Assembly: GCF_964204645.1 (NCBI RefSeq)
Contig: NC_134035.1
Location: 11,564,451 to 11,628,450, forward strand
Direction: 5' to 3'
DNA length: 64,000 bases
Origin: Tubulanus polymorphus
Lineage: Eukaryota > Animalia > Nemertea
Positions 16,981-31,802 of this stretch are shown piece after piece; the first letter of the stretch is position 1, and each line of letters begins with the position of its first letter. The translations under genes were made by a program, and so were the position numbers. The notes beneath the pieces are model-generated. The model ran no database searches. It saw only the letters and a list, made by a program, of their open reading frames with translations, and was not told the origin of the DNA.

Positions 16981-19900
16981 TACTCTACTGAGAATGCACA
17001 ACTTTGTTGACAAAATGAAAAAGGGCATTTAATAAAAAATGATGGGCACTTTCGCAGCTTTCCCCCCCCCATGTAGACCATCTGTATGGTCATTTCAAAT
17101 GTCTTTCAAACAAGAAAACGGCACTTTTTGAATCACTTACGCAATCTTAACGAAATGAAGTTTATTGTTCCCAAAATGATAATAACAAAATCTTAAAAAA
17201 TGGTTCCAGGTTCCTTTTTGAGGTGTTCTCCGCCGTTTCGGTTTGGGACAATTAATGAAAATCGTCCGTGCATAATTACAGTAAACACACGTAGGTAATT
17301 AAGTACCGCTTGAATAGTTAATGTATATACATATACATATAATTATTAAACTGACACTACAGTAGTCCAGAAGCCAGAATGCCATCGACTACTGCCACGT
17401 GCACCGTCTATTTATTATTTACAAATATTATGCCGCCATTGTGCATACGCGACTGACAAAAGGACGAATCGATGAGGAGCGCGCGCGGTTATCACTGATC
17501 GAACGGAACAAGTGCTCAACGAAGAGGAAAACTTATGATTCGTAATGACGGCTCTAGTTTCCGGTATCGTTTGCCGGTGAATATCGATACTCGAGTATAA
17601 AGGGTTAATTATCCGCGGCAATCATGAAATGTCCCTCGATGATACGTAATGATATTGACGATATATAGTTACGATTGGTTTCTTTTGTGATTGCATCGCT
17701 TTTAGCGCGAGTCTATTGAGCAGCCAAATCAACATTTTATGAACATCTAAGAATATAAAACGTAACTTTCGTAAGTTTCGATTTTGTATTTATTCCATTG
17801 GGTTTCAAGAAAAGATCAAAGCGGCATTAAACTTGAATTGACAAAATGAATAAATGAGAAATATATTATCTTAATATATATGGCATAGTATATACATATG
17901 TGAATTGAAAATTTGTTTATCAAATAGTGTCAATTAGAATTGGAAAAGCTTTTCGGTTTTAGGGCTAATTATCTGATGAATTCTTTTCTGTGAACGGTAT
18001 CAATCTCGACGAAACGACGGTATTCCCGAGTCCCCACAAAACTAACATTTCATTTCATTGTTTTCACTTCATTCATTTATTGCGACAGGCTTGCAAGTTA
18101 CAATTTCTAACAGGGGAAAATGTACACAAAAAAAATAAAAGAGGCATGTCGTCGAATTTAAAAATCCTAAGGGATTTGTCTATTTGAATCCCAGACACTC
18201 AACAAAATAGTCCACGCCATTATCAAAAACCCAATACCCACGCAACAAGAACTTTGTCACAACGGACAAGATAAGAAAAAAATGTCAGCGTTGAAAGTAA
18301 AGGCATTGACTTTATTTGTTTCTTTTAACCAACGACCCAAAAAACATGCTATATGCCTTTTAGCGACACGTTTCACGGTCGATAACTTGAATTTAGTTAA
18401 AAGCTTCCGATGGACGGACGGTTAATTAAACATCGACCTCCACTCACGCGACACTTGCCGTGCCCGCGTACGATGACGATAACTTTCTCGTTTTGATATG
18501 CCCCTAATTAAAATGAATTGATCCCGAAGAAGATGTAAAACTGTTCCGCGTAGCAGACAAAAGCGAGAAGCATCCGGTGATATATCGTGAACGTCGTATC
18601 ACTTTTTGATTGAGATGGGGATACAGTTGAAAGTGGGAAATTATCGACCGACTTGCGGTTTTCTGCTTCGACTTTAGTCACGCGACGACTCGAATAACGG
18701 TGGATGTTTTTTAAACTCGGGAGGTTTCCAGCATTTTCGATGCAGTTCATGTCGATAGAAAACGACAACCTGTGATCGGTATTCTATTCTATTCAAGATG
18801 GCTTACTTCTAAAAACCGATATTTCTTTGTGATTCAGACTGTTGTCGTTCTTCTTGAGAACATGTTTCAGTATTTCCGTTATGATTTTTTCGATACACTA
18901 GCGAATGAATGAAAATCCGACCGCACGTTTATTATTCAACTTTCGAACGTGCGGCAGGTTTACTCGTTGAAATATTTTGAATCGAGCGTTTCGTCGAAGT
19001 TTTGTCCAAAACTGGTTCAATTGCCTCTCGTTCGTAAAGAACGTTAGCCCCAAAACACGTAAAACTACTTCAAAAGACAGTTTTTTGCAAAGGATGGCAC
19101 AAACACGATATACTTTAGAGCGACACGTGCGACTCACCGTGCGTGCGCGATCAACAATGTGAAGGCTTCGAAAGTTCTATTGTTTGCCAAAAACCGCTGA
19201 AGGTGTCATTCACCACTTCCTAAAAACATCTTCTAAGGTTCCTTTCATAGAATTCACTAGAGAACCACGCATCCATATTCCCAAGAGTTTTTTTTTCTAA
19301 AGTAAGTTAGTTGCTAACTATGTAGTTAACCTATAGGTAGTAAAGAACTTAGCAAGAAACTATAGCTTAGTGAGATTTCATGAATACGGCTGCTGGTCTC
19401 TAGTTAATCACAACTACATGTGGACCGACGATTGTCGATACGGTTTAGTAACGATTACTCTGCTCTGTTATGAAATCACCCTGATATTCATTGACTGGAA
19501 TAGGCCGTTCCCGGTAAAATCTCAATCGTTAACGTTACTTTTTTCCAACTGCAGTCACCAGATCGATCACGATACAGTAACTGATACGATGCGATCTAGT
19601 TCAGAAAACGCGGTATAATGAAACATCAGCGTCGCAATCGGTCATGTTTAGATTTCCTCTAGATGCGAACTGGAGTCGTTTCCCAGCTGCTCAAATTCTC
19701 AATGTTTCAATGATATCGTTTTGATGATCTCGATGACCTACTCGTCCTGCATTCGATCTACGTTGATATTACAATTGATATACTATTATACTATTATTCG
19801 TGAATTAAATCTACATATATTAATCATCTCCGGCTGGATGATCACACTATAATCTGTCACAGATAATCGCAATGACATGTAGCTCCTTTCATTTATTTTG

Positions 19901-21809
19901 CGTAGGAGTCTAAATCGTTATATCCGGCGACAATCGGTTTTTTATCTGTTTCTATATCTGCACACTTAGGTGATTACCTTGATAAAAACTAAATGAATTA
20001 ACTTTTTTTCTGGTCGTCTCTTGCAGCCATGCACTGTTTCCGCATTAGTGCGTGTTGGTGTTCTAACGCAATAAGACGGCCTCAAAGTTTGTAAATCCTC
20101 TGATTATCTTTTGCTGTATGGCAAGTCTTCAGCACCGATTGCCACGTCAAGGACTGCGCTGTAGTTGTGAGTTTATTAAGTCTACGGTCAAAAGTTCGAT
20201 TTCAATTCACTGACTAAGTTGTGGAACTGATCGTCTGGATGGGCTAATTTATGCATCTCTGACGTAGGCCTACTTCCGATCTGACATAGAGACTATTGAA
20301 TCATATTTCGGTCACGTGACATCAAACCAATGATTTGAGCGTGTTTTTATATTACTCTTTTTTCTTCTTCCCTTCTTCTTTTTTGAGGCACCTGTTTTAT
20401 ATAAACTAAGTTTCTAAAGACTCCCCCAAGTCTATAATTTACTCTATTTTGTATTGCATTTTGCACACTTTGCTGTAAATTACATTTGAAAATAAAGCAT
20501 TCAAAATGCATCATTAAGGTATCAAGCACCGGCGTCTAATTAAAACTCTAACGAAAAGACCTCCTTTTTAGAGTCTATACCCGGTAGTCTAAGTGTAGGA
20601 AAGTCACATTTTACGCGATATTGTGGTGAGCGAGTGTCTGTCGGTGGATAACCTTCTACTTATATGGATATGTTTATGAATGTACTGTACCTTACATAAT
20701 ACCATTATCAATACCATCACTAACACAATTATAATTGAATCGGACGAATTTCTGTTTTAAAAATTCATATAATGAATAATTTTGTACACGTAGATCCACT
20801 TGAAAATCAAACACAATGCGTGGTTAGATCAGTTCACAATGGCGGCATCAAATTTCAGCGCATAGGTGTTGTACCTGTCGAGAGAGAGAGAGGGAGAGAG
20901 AGAGACAGCTAGTTAATTTTAAATTATCATGGGTAGCGGAAGCACTCGAAAATTTCATCATCGAGTGGTAAAAGTTTGGCTTCCTAAACGACTAGGAGAG
21001 GCGGCTGAGTGAGAGAAGAGGATGGTTCCTCGATGACACGCACTGACATTAAAACAATAAAAACGGCCGCTTCACCAGCGTAAATTGAGCAGCCCTATTG
21101 TCGATACGGAGTGCTTAAATACAATCGTGTTTTGATTTCTCAATCGTTTCGCAAATACGGTTTTCACTTTTAGGTAGCTATTAACGTTGTGTCGGTGTTG
21201 GTTTAGTCGACCTATTTGCAGGTACTCGTGTCAGCGCCGGAGAGCTATTGAAGGTGCTAATGTTATACGGTTGGGTGCTCGATACGCAGCTATTTCGTTC
21301 CGCAGTTTCCGCGGCCGCTTGAAAACGAGATGCTTTCTCCGCGTCGGATTCGGCGAAGAACTTTTCTGCTATCGCGCGCGTCGCCTGAGAAGTTTTCTGT
21401 CTGTTTTTCGAATGCTGCCAGACACTCGATATTATGATTGTCTTGTCGCGTGGAGTGTACACCGGATTTTATTGAAAGGCAGATTACACAAACTAACGAA
21501 TTCAAGACGTGTACGAAAACGTTTGTAATTAAGAGATGATTGCCACTTGCGTCAACCGTCCAACAGAGAGTCATAAACATTTTATGAATTACGTAACATA
21601 TTTGTGTATTTCATCGCTAATAAGAAGAAAACCCCCTGTTTCGCTCCCGGCAGGTGTTGTGGGTCTGTAAGGGACACAATCAAAAAATGAAACGAAATTT
21701 ACCAGCTAAATAGATAACAGGGAAAATCCCTATTTCAAGATCAAAATAAGAAGTATTTCTTTCTGCGAATGATGAGGAATTTAAGAAATGTTTTTTCTGA
21801 GGTTGAAAA

Positions 21810-21998
21810 AACTTTTGTAAACTGCAATAGAATTCATAATCGGTTCATTTCTATAGCCCCCGCCGGGCCAGTTGTGGTTAGCCAGACCATGATTTTAAAA
21901 AGTAATGTAAAGGGTAGATAGGCGGCCGGACGGGTCAACTTTTAAGCTAAGCGGAAATGAGAAACAAGATATTAACTTTTTCAAATAATTTTTTGGCC
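21810..21998 (-). mobile_element. MITE family A, degenerate copy
   Basis: Shares TTCATTTCTATAGC…AGTAATGTA…GGGTAGATAGGCGGCCGG…GGGTCAAC…TAAGCT…GAGAAACAAG with copies 1, 2 and 4. Confidence 0.65.
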
Positions 21999-22218
21999 CC
22001 AACACAGAAGCTGCGTATAATGCAATCAAACTAGGAGTAATCGTTTGACAAATGATTACTCGGGCAAGAATCAACTAAATTGTTTATAACGATTAAGGCA
22101 CTATGTCATACTTATGGGCACAGTGCTTAATCATTAAGTACAGCCTTTAGGCTCGCCTTCACCTTATATATCAATTATATTCCTATGTAAAAAACATACT
22201 AATAATGAAAACAACCAG

Positions 22219-22345
22219 GGGCCGGTTGCTCAAAAGTTGGTTAGAGTTAACCAGTGGATAGTTGATATGGTGACAATTGAAATTTCATTGTTACTATGGT
22301 ATTTAACGGCCGGTTATCTTTAACCAACTTTTGAGCAACTGGCCC
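22219..22345. mobile_element. MITE family B subtype (CAG TSD)
   Basis: TIR GGGCCGGTTGCTCAAAAGTTGGTTA / TAACCAACTTTTGAGCAACTGGCCC with CAG duplication. Confidence 0.85.
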
Positions 22346-24669
22346 CAGTTTTTCTAAGATGAAAATGACGGGATTATGTTCCTATTCTCCGCTCACGGGA
22401 CCATTGACCGTTGATTTGCTAACATACGACGTACATCATATTCATCGTTTCATTGTGCCGAAATTGAAAGTAAACACGCTACATTAAAACATGGACAATA
22501 ATCTCAATGAATTGCGATATGAAATTTCTGATATTCGCCTCGTGTAATCCTGAGAAAATATACGCGATTATCTCATTCTCAATTCATCCCACGGACGGTG
22601 CATATTATGACTATCTCACGAAATCGACACAGACACTAATCCGGTGACCTGCGTTTTTATACGGCTGTCCATTTCAAACGTATTCTGAAGTTGTAACGGA
22701 TTGGAAAGTGATTGAATTGGAATTCCCCAATTCTATCCAATGACCTACGTCACAAAATGCGAAGAAAACTAAAATATATCTGTTAACGAAGAAAATAATT
22801 TACACGACCGAATAAAAGGAAGGATGCTAAAGCTAACTACGGAGTCATAATTGGAAACGCGGAAATGCGTAAGTTGAAGTTCGTCCGTCAAGTTCCGTTT
22901 TCAAGATTTCAATGACAAGTGTTCATAATAATCTATAAATGCTGTTCTAGGATTTATCTTTGAGTACTGCGAAACGACCTCTTCCTATGGTTAAGGAATT
23001 GTTGTCAGTCGTACAAAATAACGGGGCATTTGTGATGAAACTAATTTTCAAAACCATGAGAACTTTATGGACGATTCTAATTTTCAAAATCATCTTCGCT
23101 TGATTAGGCATTTCAATAGGAATCGCCCTAGGACTTCCCTTAACGAACGTGAACGAACGCACTGGGCGGCGGGAGATGTTGTTACGTAACTTAGTTTATA
23201 AGTGGTCCCAAATTGTTTGTCAATCCTCTGAGAGAACAATTGATAAACAGATCGATATCCAATACAAATATATTTGATTTACATTTTATTTTATACGGTG
23301 AAGTGAAATTATATGTTGCAAGTTATTTTAAGTTTATAATCTAAGTTTATCAAATCACGCATTATTCTTGCCATCTATGTAGAATCAAATTAACACAAGG
23401 TCTATTTCTTATTTGAAAAAATAAAAAGATATATATCAGAAACTCAATTCCTTTCCAAAAAATCTACGGCTATCATTATTTTCGATGGTATCAGGTAAGT
23501 CTCTGATCGTGCGAGTATGGTTCGAACCCCATAAAACGTTAAGCAAATTTCAAAGATCCAAGAACACTGACATTTTTTTGTCGAAAATTTGCATTATATC
23601 GTTTTCAAAGGTGCAAAAACGTTCGAAAAGATTCTCGACACTATCAAGTTTGAACAGGTTTATGATGAACTTCGGAGAGATTGAACAGAGCTCGAATTGC
23701 TCATTTGAACGGTTTTACAACATACAGCACAGCGACGCGCGGGATGATAAATAATCATTGTTTATACGAATTTCGTAACCGGTATTTAAGTAGTTTGGCG
23801 GTCGTTCGCTTCATCACGTAATCGCGGCTACTCAAATCGATCATTAGGTCGACCGATCGGTCAGCATTCCATAGTTACGACGTCCTAGGGTCGGACCAGC
23901 TGACCGATTCCCATGTCCTATTGGTCAGGGCTCGGCGGAAATATTGTCCGAGGCGACAATGGACAGCACGTATAGCACGCAGCCATATTGTTCCAAACAT
24001 GTCGCTGTTATATAGGATCCGTCGCGACGAAAAAGAAAACCGTCTTCCCCCGTATCCATAGCCAACGGCTGTAAACCCGTTCGGGTGTTCGCATGACCGA
24101 TGTTTTCCCTGTTGAATTTGCGTGTACTCGCATCAAGTTTTATCGGTAATTCGGGGCCAACTCGCCCCGGGGCACCCGGTGTGTTTTGGTCGCTTTACCT
24201 GTAGGTGGTTCGTGTCGTTTTAATTATTGTTTGACGCCAGTAAAAGAAGTATCAATTCGGTCGGAATGTTTATACTTGTCATTTTTTATGAAATTTCGTG
24301 TCACACAAAATCAATTATGAAAAAAACGAAGTCAATTTAAAAACTTATCCACTACCCAGGAATAATAACTTTATTTTTCTTAACTGTAATAGCGCGTTTT
24401 GTAATTTCATACCGAGTTTTATACAATGCAATTAAATAATTCACAGATTCAGTGCATTTTGTCTAAATTTGTCCACGCTTGTGACTGATGAGGTCGTGCG
24501 ACTTCGATTCCTGGTTCGGCTGTAGCTTGTAAACCGGTGCAGTAAATTAATATACCCAACACCGTATTATTGGCATTATTTATTCATTAATTTAAACAGG
24601 AAAGTTCCCGTGTTCAATGAGCAGTTTGCTCGCTACTTAAAACCGTGTTGTTCGAGTCACGCCTACTAT

Positions 24670-24830
24670 CGACCGGCAGTGACGTCACGGCTACGGGCCT
24701 ACCGCGTCGCGCGCGCTCGGCAGCCGGCTTCGCACGAGCGACGTCGACCAGCCAATCAGAGCGCGCCGTTCGATAATGGCGGTTAACACCTGCGAAATTC
24801 TCAAAGTTGAGGACTTTAAAAGATCTAGTA
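24670..24830 (+). promoter_or_regulatory. Putative NR2E6 promoter (GC-rich; CRE, CCAAT, TATA-like)
   Basis: Palindromic CRE TGACGTCA at 24680-24687, AGCCAATCAG (NF-Y) at 24750-24759, TTTAAAA at about 24815; CpG-rich; just upstream of the candidate first coding exon. Confidence 0.5.
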
Positions 24831-24958
24831 GATTTTGCCGGTACCTGCCGATAATCTTTCGACACTTGCGTTCGTTTGACAGCGGAAGGAAGAAGGAAAT
24901 TATCAAACTCCGGCTTCATGACAAAAGAGATTTAGGATTTCTATAATCGGATTCCAAA

Positions 24959-27900
24959 ATGATACATAGTCCGTCAGCCAGTTCTGAGGTCTTAGGTACG
25001 TGAACTGATTTTACTTTAACCAACTTACATGAAACGATTCTTTTTTTCCAGAAAAAAATTAATACAAAAATTATAAGCATATAAAAAAAAATAAAATGGA
25101 AAATTATTTTAGATATATATCTGTATCTTACCAAGTAACAGATTGAATTCGCATTTTCCGAAACATGAAATGTCATGTAGTTCATTTTTTAACTTCGGTA
25201 TGTTCTGTGACGACAGAAAATGCGATGGGTTTTTTTTTTAATTTGTGAAAAAATAGTAAATTTCAATAAATCGTGTATGGGGAAACAAACTGCCTGCGCG
25301 GCAGCGTATTATATCAGTCATTTATCAAAATGATTCGATGTTGAGGATAATTCTACTCGAATATATATAATGAAATTTAATCAATCGAGGTCAAAACGTC
25401 AATGGTTTAGAGTATTATAATATATGTGAAAGTCAGCAGCTGTATCCGCGCAATATCCATGTCGGATACAAATTGAATCTATTAAACGAAGAATGAATTA
25501 ATTTCATTTACTCGAATGAATTTGATTCACTTGAACATCATATCTACAAAACATAAATGAGCAACACTGAAAGAATGGCAGAAGTAGAATTTCAATGAAT
25601 TCTTTTCTTAAATCAAATCTTCAAAGAGTTTTCCCGATAGAAAAGAAATGAATAGATGAATAACACTCATTTTCTAAATGTAACGATTGATTAAGTCGTT
25701 TATGATCCTGGAAGATATCTGGCATGTAAGATAGATAATCAAAGCAATGAAATAGAAGTGTGAAAGGGGCTTAAACAATAATGATAGTAATATTGTGTCT
25801 AAATCCAGCAAAACTGTTCGAGTGCTTTACATTTTTGGTATTATTACCCCAGCCATTCAATACTCTGACATCAGTCGGAGGTTCATATTTTTTCCAATTC
25901 TTATGTAACGATTAATGAAATTTTTGCACGGAACATGACGTAGTTGAAAGGCAGTTATAGGTGAAACCATATTTGTCATGATTATCAATAGTTATGGGTT
26001 GAATTTGACACGGGATCCGAAACATATTTTTTCGCTCTTAAGTTGAATGATACACTAAAGATAATTGCAGATCAACCGATTCTTTTTCAAACTTCAGACC
26101 ACATGCGAAATTATGTGGTCCATTGTTTCGTAACGCGCCGAAAGATTAGTCCAATTTTGTCAATTGAATTTTGCTAACTGAATTAAAGCACCTTTTCCGC
26201 AACCGCGCGGCGCGATTTGTCGAAATTGATCTCGTACCGGATCTTCAAATATTAGCACAACGATCATCAGTCAAGATTAATCATATCAACATCGGTTCGA
26301 TTTCAGACGGCACAATTCCGGTATAAGCACTATCACAATCGCCTCTACCGGTTTTTTATCACCTATACACACATGTACATCGCTATAGGTCGTTGTCGTC
26401 AATTTTTTCAAATGTTTGTTTCCGGATCCCGTCCCGATAACACGACGTCAACCTTGCACAAGCTTATATAGATTATCAAAACGTTTAACTAACGCGTATG
26501 ATAAATGTGTATATGAGCGGTATCTCGTTCAAATATATTTCGTTTTCGGTTCGATATCACAGAAATTTGAGACTGAATAACTCGTAACTATTTTCCGCAA
26601 AATTAAATCTATATCGACTCCATTGATTCTTTATCTATAAGACTCCAACTATAGACACATGTTATACAGATATATGCGCAAATATATTTGCAGGAATTTT
26701 CATTGGTCATATTTAATTCGAAAACATATCAGCATTTGTTCGTTAGAATTGGCTCCGATTAGTGGCCGTGAAGAGATGATTTTGATGGCTTGAAATGGGC
26801 AAGATGATCTCTATTATCTATCGACTTGATTTGATGCTTATTTTAGTTTCCCCGAAAAAGAAACGGGGGTGAAATCGAAGTATTGATATATTTGAATGAT
26901 CGGTCGAATTTGCATGATTGTTTTGCATGTTTGAATCGAAATACATAATACGAAATTTCGGTCCCGGTTCGTGAAAGTAATCTACCATCACATGGCTTAA
27001 CCTTATCAGCTACCTTGATATATATACGTTGAGATTCGGAAATGACTACACACTAGACTCCGGTTATCCCGGAGTCGATTGCGTCGGGTATGAATCAATT
27101 GCACGTATGATATCATCATTATTGGGGAACAATTACATCGGACCGGCGCAAAGACCACCGGCGAATCGACGAGGCCAGCAAGAGGTGCGCGGCCACGTGG
27201 AAATAATCTACCCTCCTCGCAGACACGACAAAGTAACCGCCGCCGCTGTGTATAACGATTGCTCCCTTCTTCGGAACTTTCGCGTGATGAAAAGACCAGA
27301 TCAATGGGTGTCATCGATCAATTGATCGGAAATCATCGGATGAATACTTGCCGATCAAATACATCTATATGAACGCAATACATGATATCTAATCGTATCC
27401 CGTTGAGTGGACTGATAACGGGTTATTATATTATCGTTTACATCCGCTCTATGCTGTCGTCTGTTGTGATTTTATTTGTACTCGTGTTGTAATTGATATT
27501 CGAGGGGAGACACGTTCGCGCTGTCTATATTATCAACCGTACGTGTAAATTATCGGTTTTTTTTTCTATCATTTGTAAATCGTATTGGATTGGCCAGAAA
27601 CGTTAAGTCGGCTGCAGCAGCAGTCGAAAAATATGTTTCCAACAGAAAAAACACCGTAAAAGGGTAGCGACGTTTTTTCTTCTATTCTATGAGCCATCGT
27701 TCAAAATGGCTCGGAGTCAAAATGTCACTACTTTCTTGTTTTATATATGCGAGCTTTTCAGACAGCCATCAATCTATGAAAACTAACCGTTAGTGTTTCT
27801 GTTCGCAGTATGCGGCCCTAGAAAACAACAACAACAAAAAACAAACATAGATGTTTTCTCATGTTTCGGGCATGTTTCAATTCAATGATGGATATATTTA

Positions 27901-30900
27901 AATTCAACATAACTTCATTCATCCTTAGTATTATATAATCTTTACATTTCTAAGCAATGTTTTACGGCGTCACTGGACTCATAGGCGCGTTCACACGACG
28001 AAAGTTAGACCGGTCTAAATTTGGTCCGGTCCAATTTAGACCGGACCAAGCGTTCATACGGGCAAAAATACCGTTCCAAATTAGACCGGTCTAGTTTAGA
28101 CCGGTTTAATTTGGTTAGTTTGGTTAGTTTTATGGTTTTATTTATTTGGTTAGTTTTTTTTTAATAGTTAGTTTTCCTATGTTTCAGATTCGATGCCATC
28201 GCACCGAAAACCGGACGCGTTGTGTTTAGTGTGCGGCGACAAGGCGTCGGGTAAACATTACGGGGTGTTGAGCTGCGACGGCTGCCGCGGATTCTTCAAA
28301 CGCTCGATCCGTCGCAACCTGGAATACGTGTGCAAAGAGAACGGCAACTGCATCGTCGACGTGGCCAGACGAAATCAGTGCCAGGCGTGCCGATTCAAAA
28401 AATGTCTCGAAGTCAAAATGAACAGAGATGGTAAGCTCAATCGTAAGTTAATTATTGTGAAAAGAAACATACCGATGCAGACTTTTGAACCTAGGGTGAT
28501 CGTTGGTTTATAAGTTTTGGTCATCTTAGTCTACACTCGCATGCGCCCAGGTCGAGGAAGATTGCATCGTTCAAGCTATAGGTTCTGTCGTTCTTCACTC
28601 GGGGGTCAATAATAATGTTGGAAAATAATTGAATAACCGTAGCATAAATATGCATCGAAAATGAAGTTTGAACAATTATCTTTACAGCTGTCCAACACGA
28701 GAGGGCTCCGCGATGCTACCAGTACAGAAGAGGTAGTCCAGAAATCGGGAAGTTCGCCGAGCAAAATTTGCCGGGTTCGTTGCCCGCCTTTCCACATCCA
28801 GGCTTTTTGGACACGGCCAGGTAAGCGCTATTTCTATTTCCAATTCCTTCCTTCACGCATAATGCATACTTCCCTTAATTCATGATATAGTTAATAGCAT
28901 TATATTCGGAAAACTTCTTATAAGTTTCGGAGCCAATTTCTACTAATTCAAGCATAATTATGAATATGGCCTATAAATAAAGCACAGGCCAATTAATAAA
29001 GCACAAGACTTGCACCAGACGCTCGAATCCCGCGAAGTTCAACTACATATATTTTGTTCGTCTTCGATAGTTCCTGGTCTCCCTGGGGCATGGGCGTATT
29101 ATTACATAATTTTGGAAAGGCCCGACTAAATTCCATGGCCGATAAATAGAACAGTTTGAAGTTCAGAGCTAAAAGAAATCACCCGTGGTTTCTACAGGTT
29201 TTACTCTAGTTTATATTATTTGTTCAAATTCATTTATCGCTATTTTTCTCATTTTTCGTAGATACGACTATAACGGATTAACTCAATACAGCCCGCCGAC
29301 CGGTTTAACCGGGCACGATTTCGGTTTCCCGGCGGCGGCGGCGCATCTACTGCACCCGGCCGCCGCGCTGTACGGCGCTCAAAACCGTCTGAACGGCTTT
29401 CTGATGAACCATCGTCTGTCGGCTACGGCTCGACAAACATCGCTGGAACATCACGTCGTCAATAATAAACCAGACCTCGAAAACAATAACAATATCAATC
29501 GAGCGAACAGTCCCGTCGAGAAATCTACTCCCGAATTATCGAGACCGATCTCGTCAACGTCTGATATGTCAGACGACATGAACAACGATTCGAAGAGTCG
29601 GAGATCTCCAGGTAAGACCGCCACACTAAATCAAACCAAATCAAATTTAAGAAATAAAAAGTAATGGAGGACTTGCATCTGGCATCAGAGTTTGTTTGCC
29701 AACCAATACTCGAGACTGTCATACATGATAGCAAAAGTAAAATCTTGACCTGGTTTACAAGTTCTCGTTCAAGATTTGACTAAACTTTGAGTTAGAATAT
29801 CGGAAATGGACAAATTTAATTCATCAGTCAAATAACTGGTAACTCTGGAACTGAGTCCAGAGGATTCATAAAATTTTGAGGGCCCGTCATGTAAATAACT
29901 TATTGTGTTTTACAACCAAATATTAGGACGAGTAGTCGTGTAGTTAGAAAACATGGCTGCGATACTTATATGGATGGAAGTTATGCACCTGACGCAACAG
30001 CGCGTCATATCGGACGTCAAGCGCAAGCGGCCGACCGTAGTAAAAAAGCCGAGGTTACCTGCCATTTGACGTCCAATATGACGCATAACGCGTGACGTCG
30101 GTGCATTACCTCTATAGTCATCATCATCTATTCTGCGTGTGGTATAATGTCGGGTTTCTACGGGTTTCTAAATATTAAGCCTTTTATTCGATTTTCTGTT
30201 TGTTCAGAGCGAGAAAAGTCACCGGCGTCGTTCACTAACAACAAACCGGCTGCGACGTCATCAACACCTCCTCAGGCGCACGGCGGCACGCTTACCGGAT
30301 CACTGTCGTTTTTATCAGCTACGAATAACGACGAAAACGGTAACAATAAAAACGACCAAAACCACTCGTCGACCAGTTCGAGAAGCGGCAACGGCAATAG
30401 CAATCAGACTCAACCGGCGATGCCGATACCGACTCACCTGACAGTACCGCACGGTCACAGTCTGTACGTCAGCGCCGCGGCCGAAAGCGTCTACGAGACC
30501 GCCGCCCGTTTACTGTTCATGTCGGTGAAGTGGGCCAGAAATATTCCATCGTTTCTGCAACTGCCGTTCAGAGATCAAGCTATTCTTCTCGAGGAATCGT
30601 GGGGAGAACTGTTCATATTGAGCGCTGCTCAGTGGTCACTACCGATCGACCCAGGTACGTAATTAAATACTCGAGATCCAGTTTCACAGTTCTGAGTTCA
30701 ATTTGCTTCTCGATTTAACAGTGAAGATTTATTGATTTTTAACTCTGAGTAAACTCTGACTCACAACTTTGAGACCGAACCTCAATCACTATAGCGTGAC
30801 CGTTAATTTGCCCAAAGAACTTAACTTTTGAGGAAAGAAAATCAAAAATGATTAATTAATTTATTCGAAAATTACGGGGATTAAAAGCAAAATGTAACAA

Positions 30901-31802
30901 GGGCACACAATAACAGGGCTTTGCTTTTTCTTGGGAGTCCTACCCCAAGGCTGTATTCTATGGACACCGAGCTTCTGCCGGGTGTCATGAAACAATATTT
31001 GTCGACTTGTGAGATGACTAATACATAAAACGTGTTTGTTTTTGGTTATTTTTAGGAACGTTATTGACCGCGAGTGGTATGGTCAGTCCGGTGAGCCGCG
31101 TTAACGAGAAAGCCACGACGATAGTGTCGCAAATACGTTGTTTACAGGATATCATATCGCGATTCAACAACATCCGAGTCGACGCCACTGAGTTCGCTTG
31201 CCTCAAGGCGCTCGTACTTTTCAAACCAGGTAGGTCTATAATGATTTCGATTTATTTTTTAAATAATGCATAATGAATCACTGTAATCATAATATCCACG
31301 ATGAATCGACAAGACGAATCTCCTTCAGTCTGAAAGGATATGGGCGGTTGTGGCCATCCGATATATTTCCAGTAACTTTTAAATACAATTTCATTGGTCT
31401 ATATACAAGACAGTGTAGCATTTTAGGGCTTAAGTAGTGCAAAATATTTACAAGAATAGTGACCCGGACAAAGAACCCTGGACTAAAAACTATTTTCAAT
31501 GACAAAATACATTTCATCCATTTTCATTCCATTTCATTCACGCGTTCTCGTTTATTGCAGAAACGCGAGGCCTGAAAGACACGCACCAGGTCGAGACGTT
31601 ACAAGACCAGGCTCAACTGATGCTGAACGAGTATTCGTTCAGTCAACACGTCAGCACTAAAGTGCGGTTCGGTCGGCTGCTGCTGTTACTACCCACGTTG
31701 AGAACGGTCAGCGCGAAAATCATCGAAGAACTGTTTTTCAGAAAGACAATCGGATCGGTGCCGATCGAAAGACTACTGTCGGACATGTTCAAATCTAGTT
31801 GA
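24959..31802 (+). CDS. Nuclear receptor subfamily 2 group E (PNR-like, NR2E6-type), ~541 aa
   Basis: Exons 24959-24995 (candidate first exon, phase-compatible, lower confidence), 28188-28430, 28688-28820, 29262-29611, 30208-30654, 31056-31229 and 31561-31802. C4 [34 protein letters not shown]…[12 protein letters not shown]; T-box AVQHERAPR; [24 protein letters not shown]…[14 protein letters not shown]; AF2 [12 protein letters not shown]. Confidence 0.92.
27983..28110. mobile_element. MITE fragment with TTAGACCGG repeats
   Basis: Terminus GGCGCGTTCACACG followed by repeated and inverted TTAGACCGGTCTA units. Confidence 0.5.
29978..30113. mobile_element. Palindromic MITE-like element in NR2E intron
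   Basis: Inverted arms TGCACC…GCGTCATATCGGACGTCAA / TTGACGTCCAATATGACGC…GGTGCA; related fragment at about 46741-46810. Confidence 0.55.

Noticed and set aside
16359-21580. Scattered 60-113-aa ORFs between FKBP3 and NR2E
   Set aside because: No domain similarity or exon chain; consistent with non-coding regulatory DNA.
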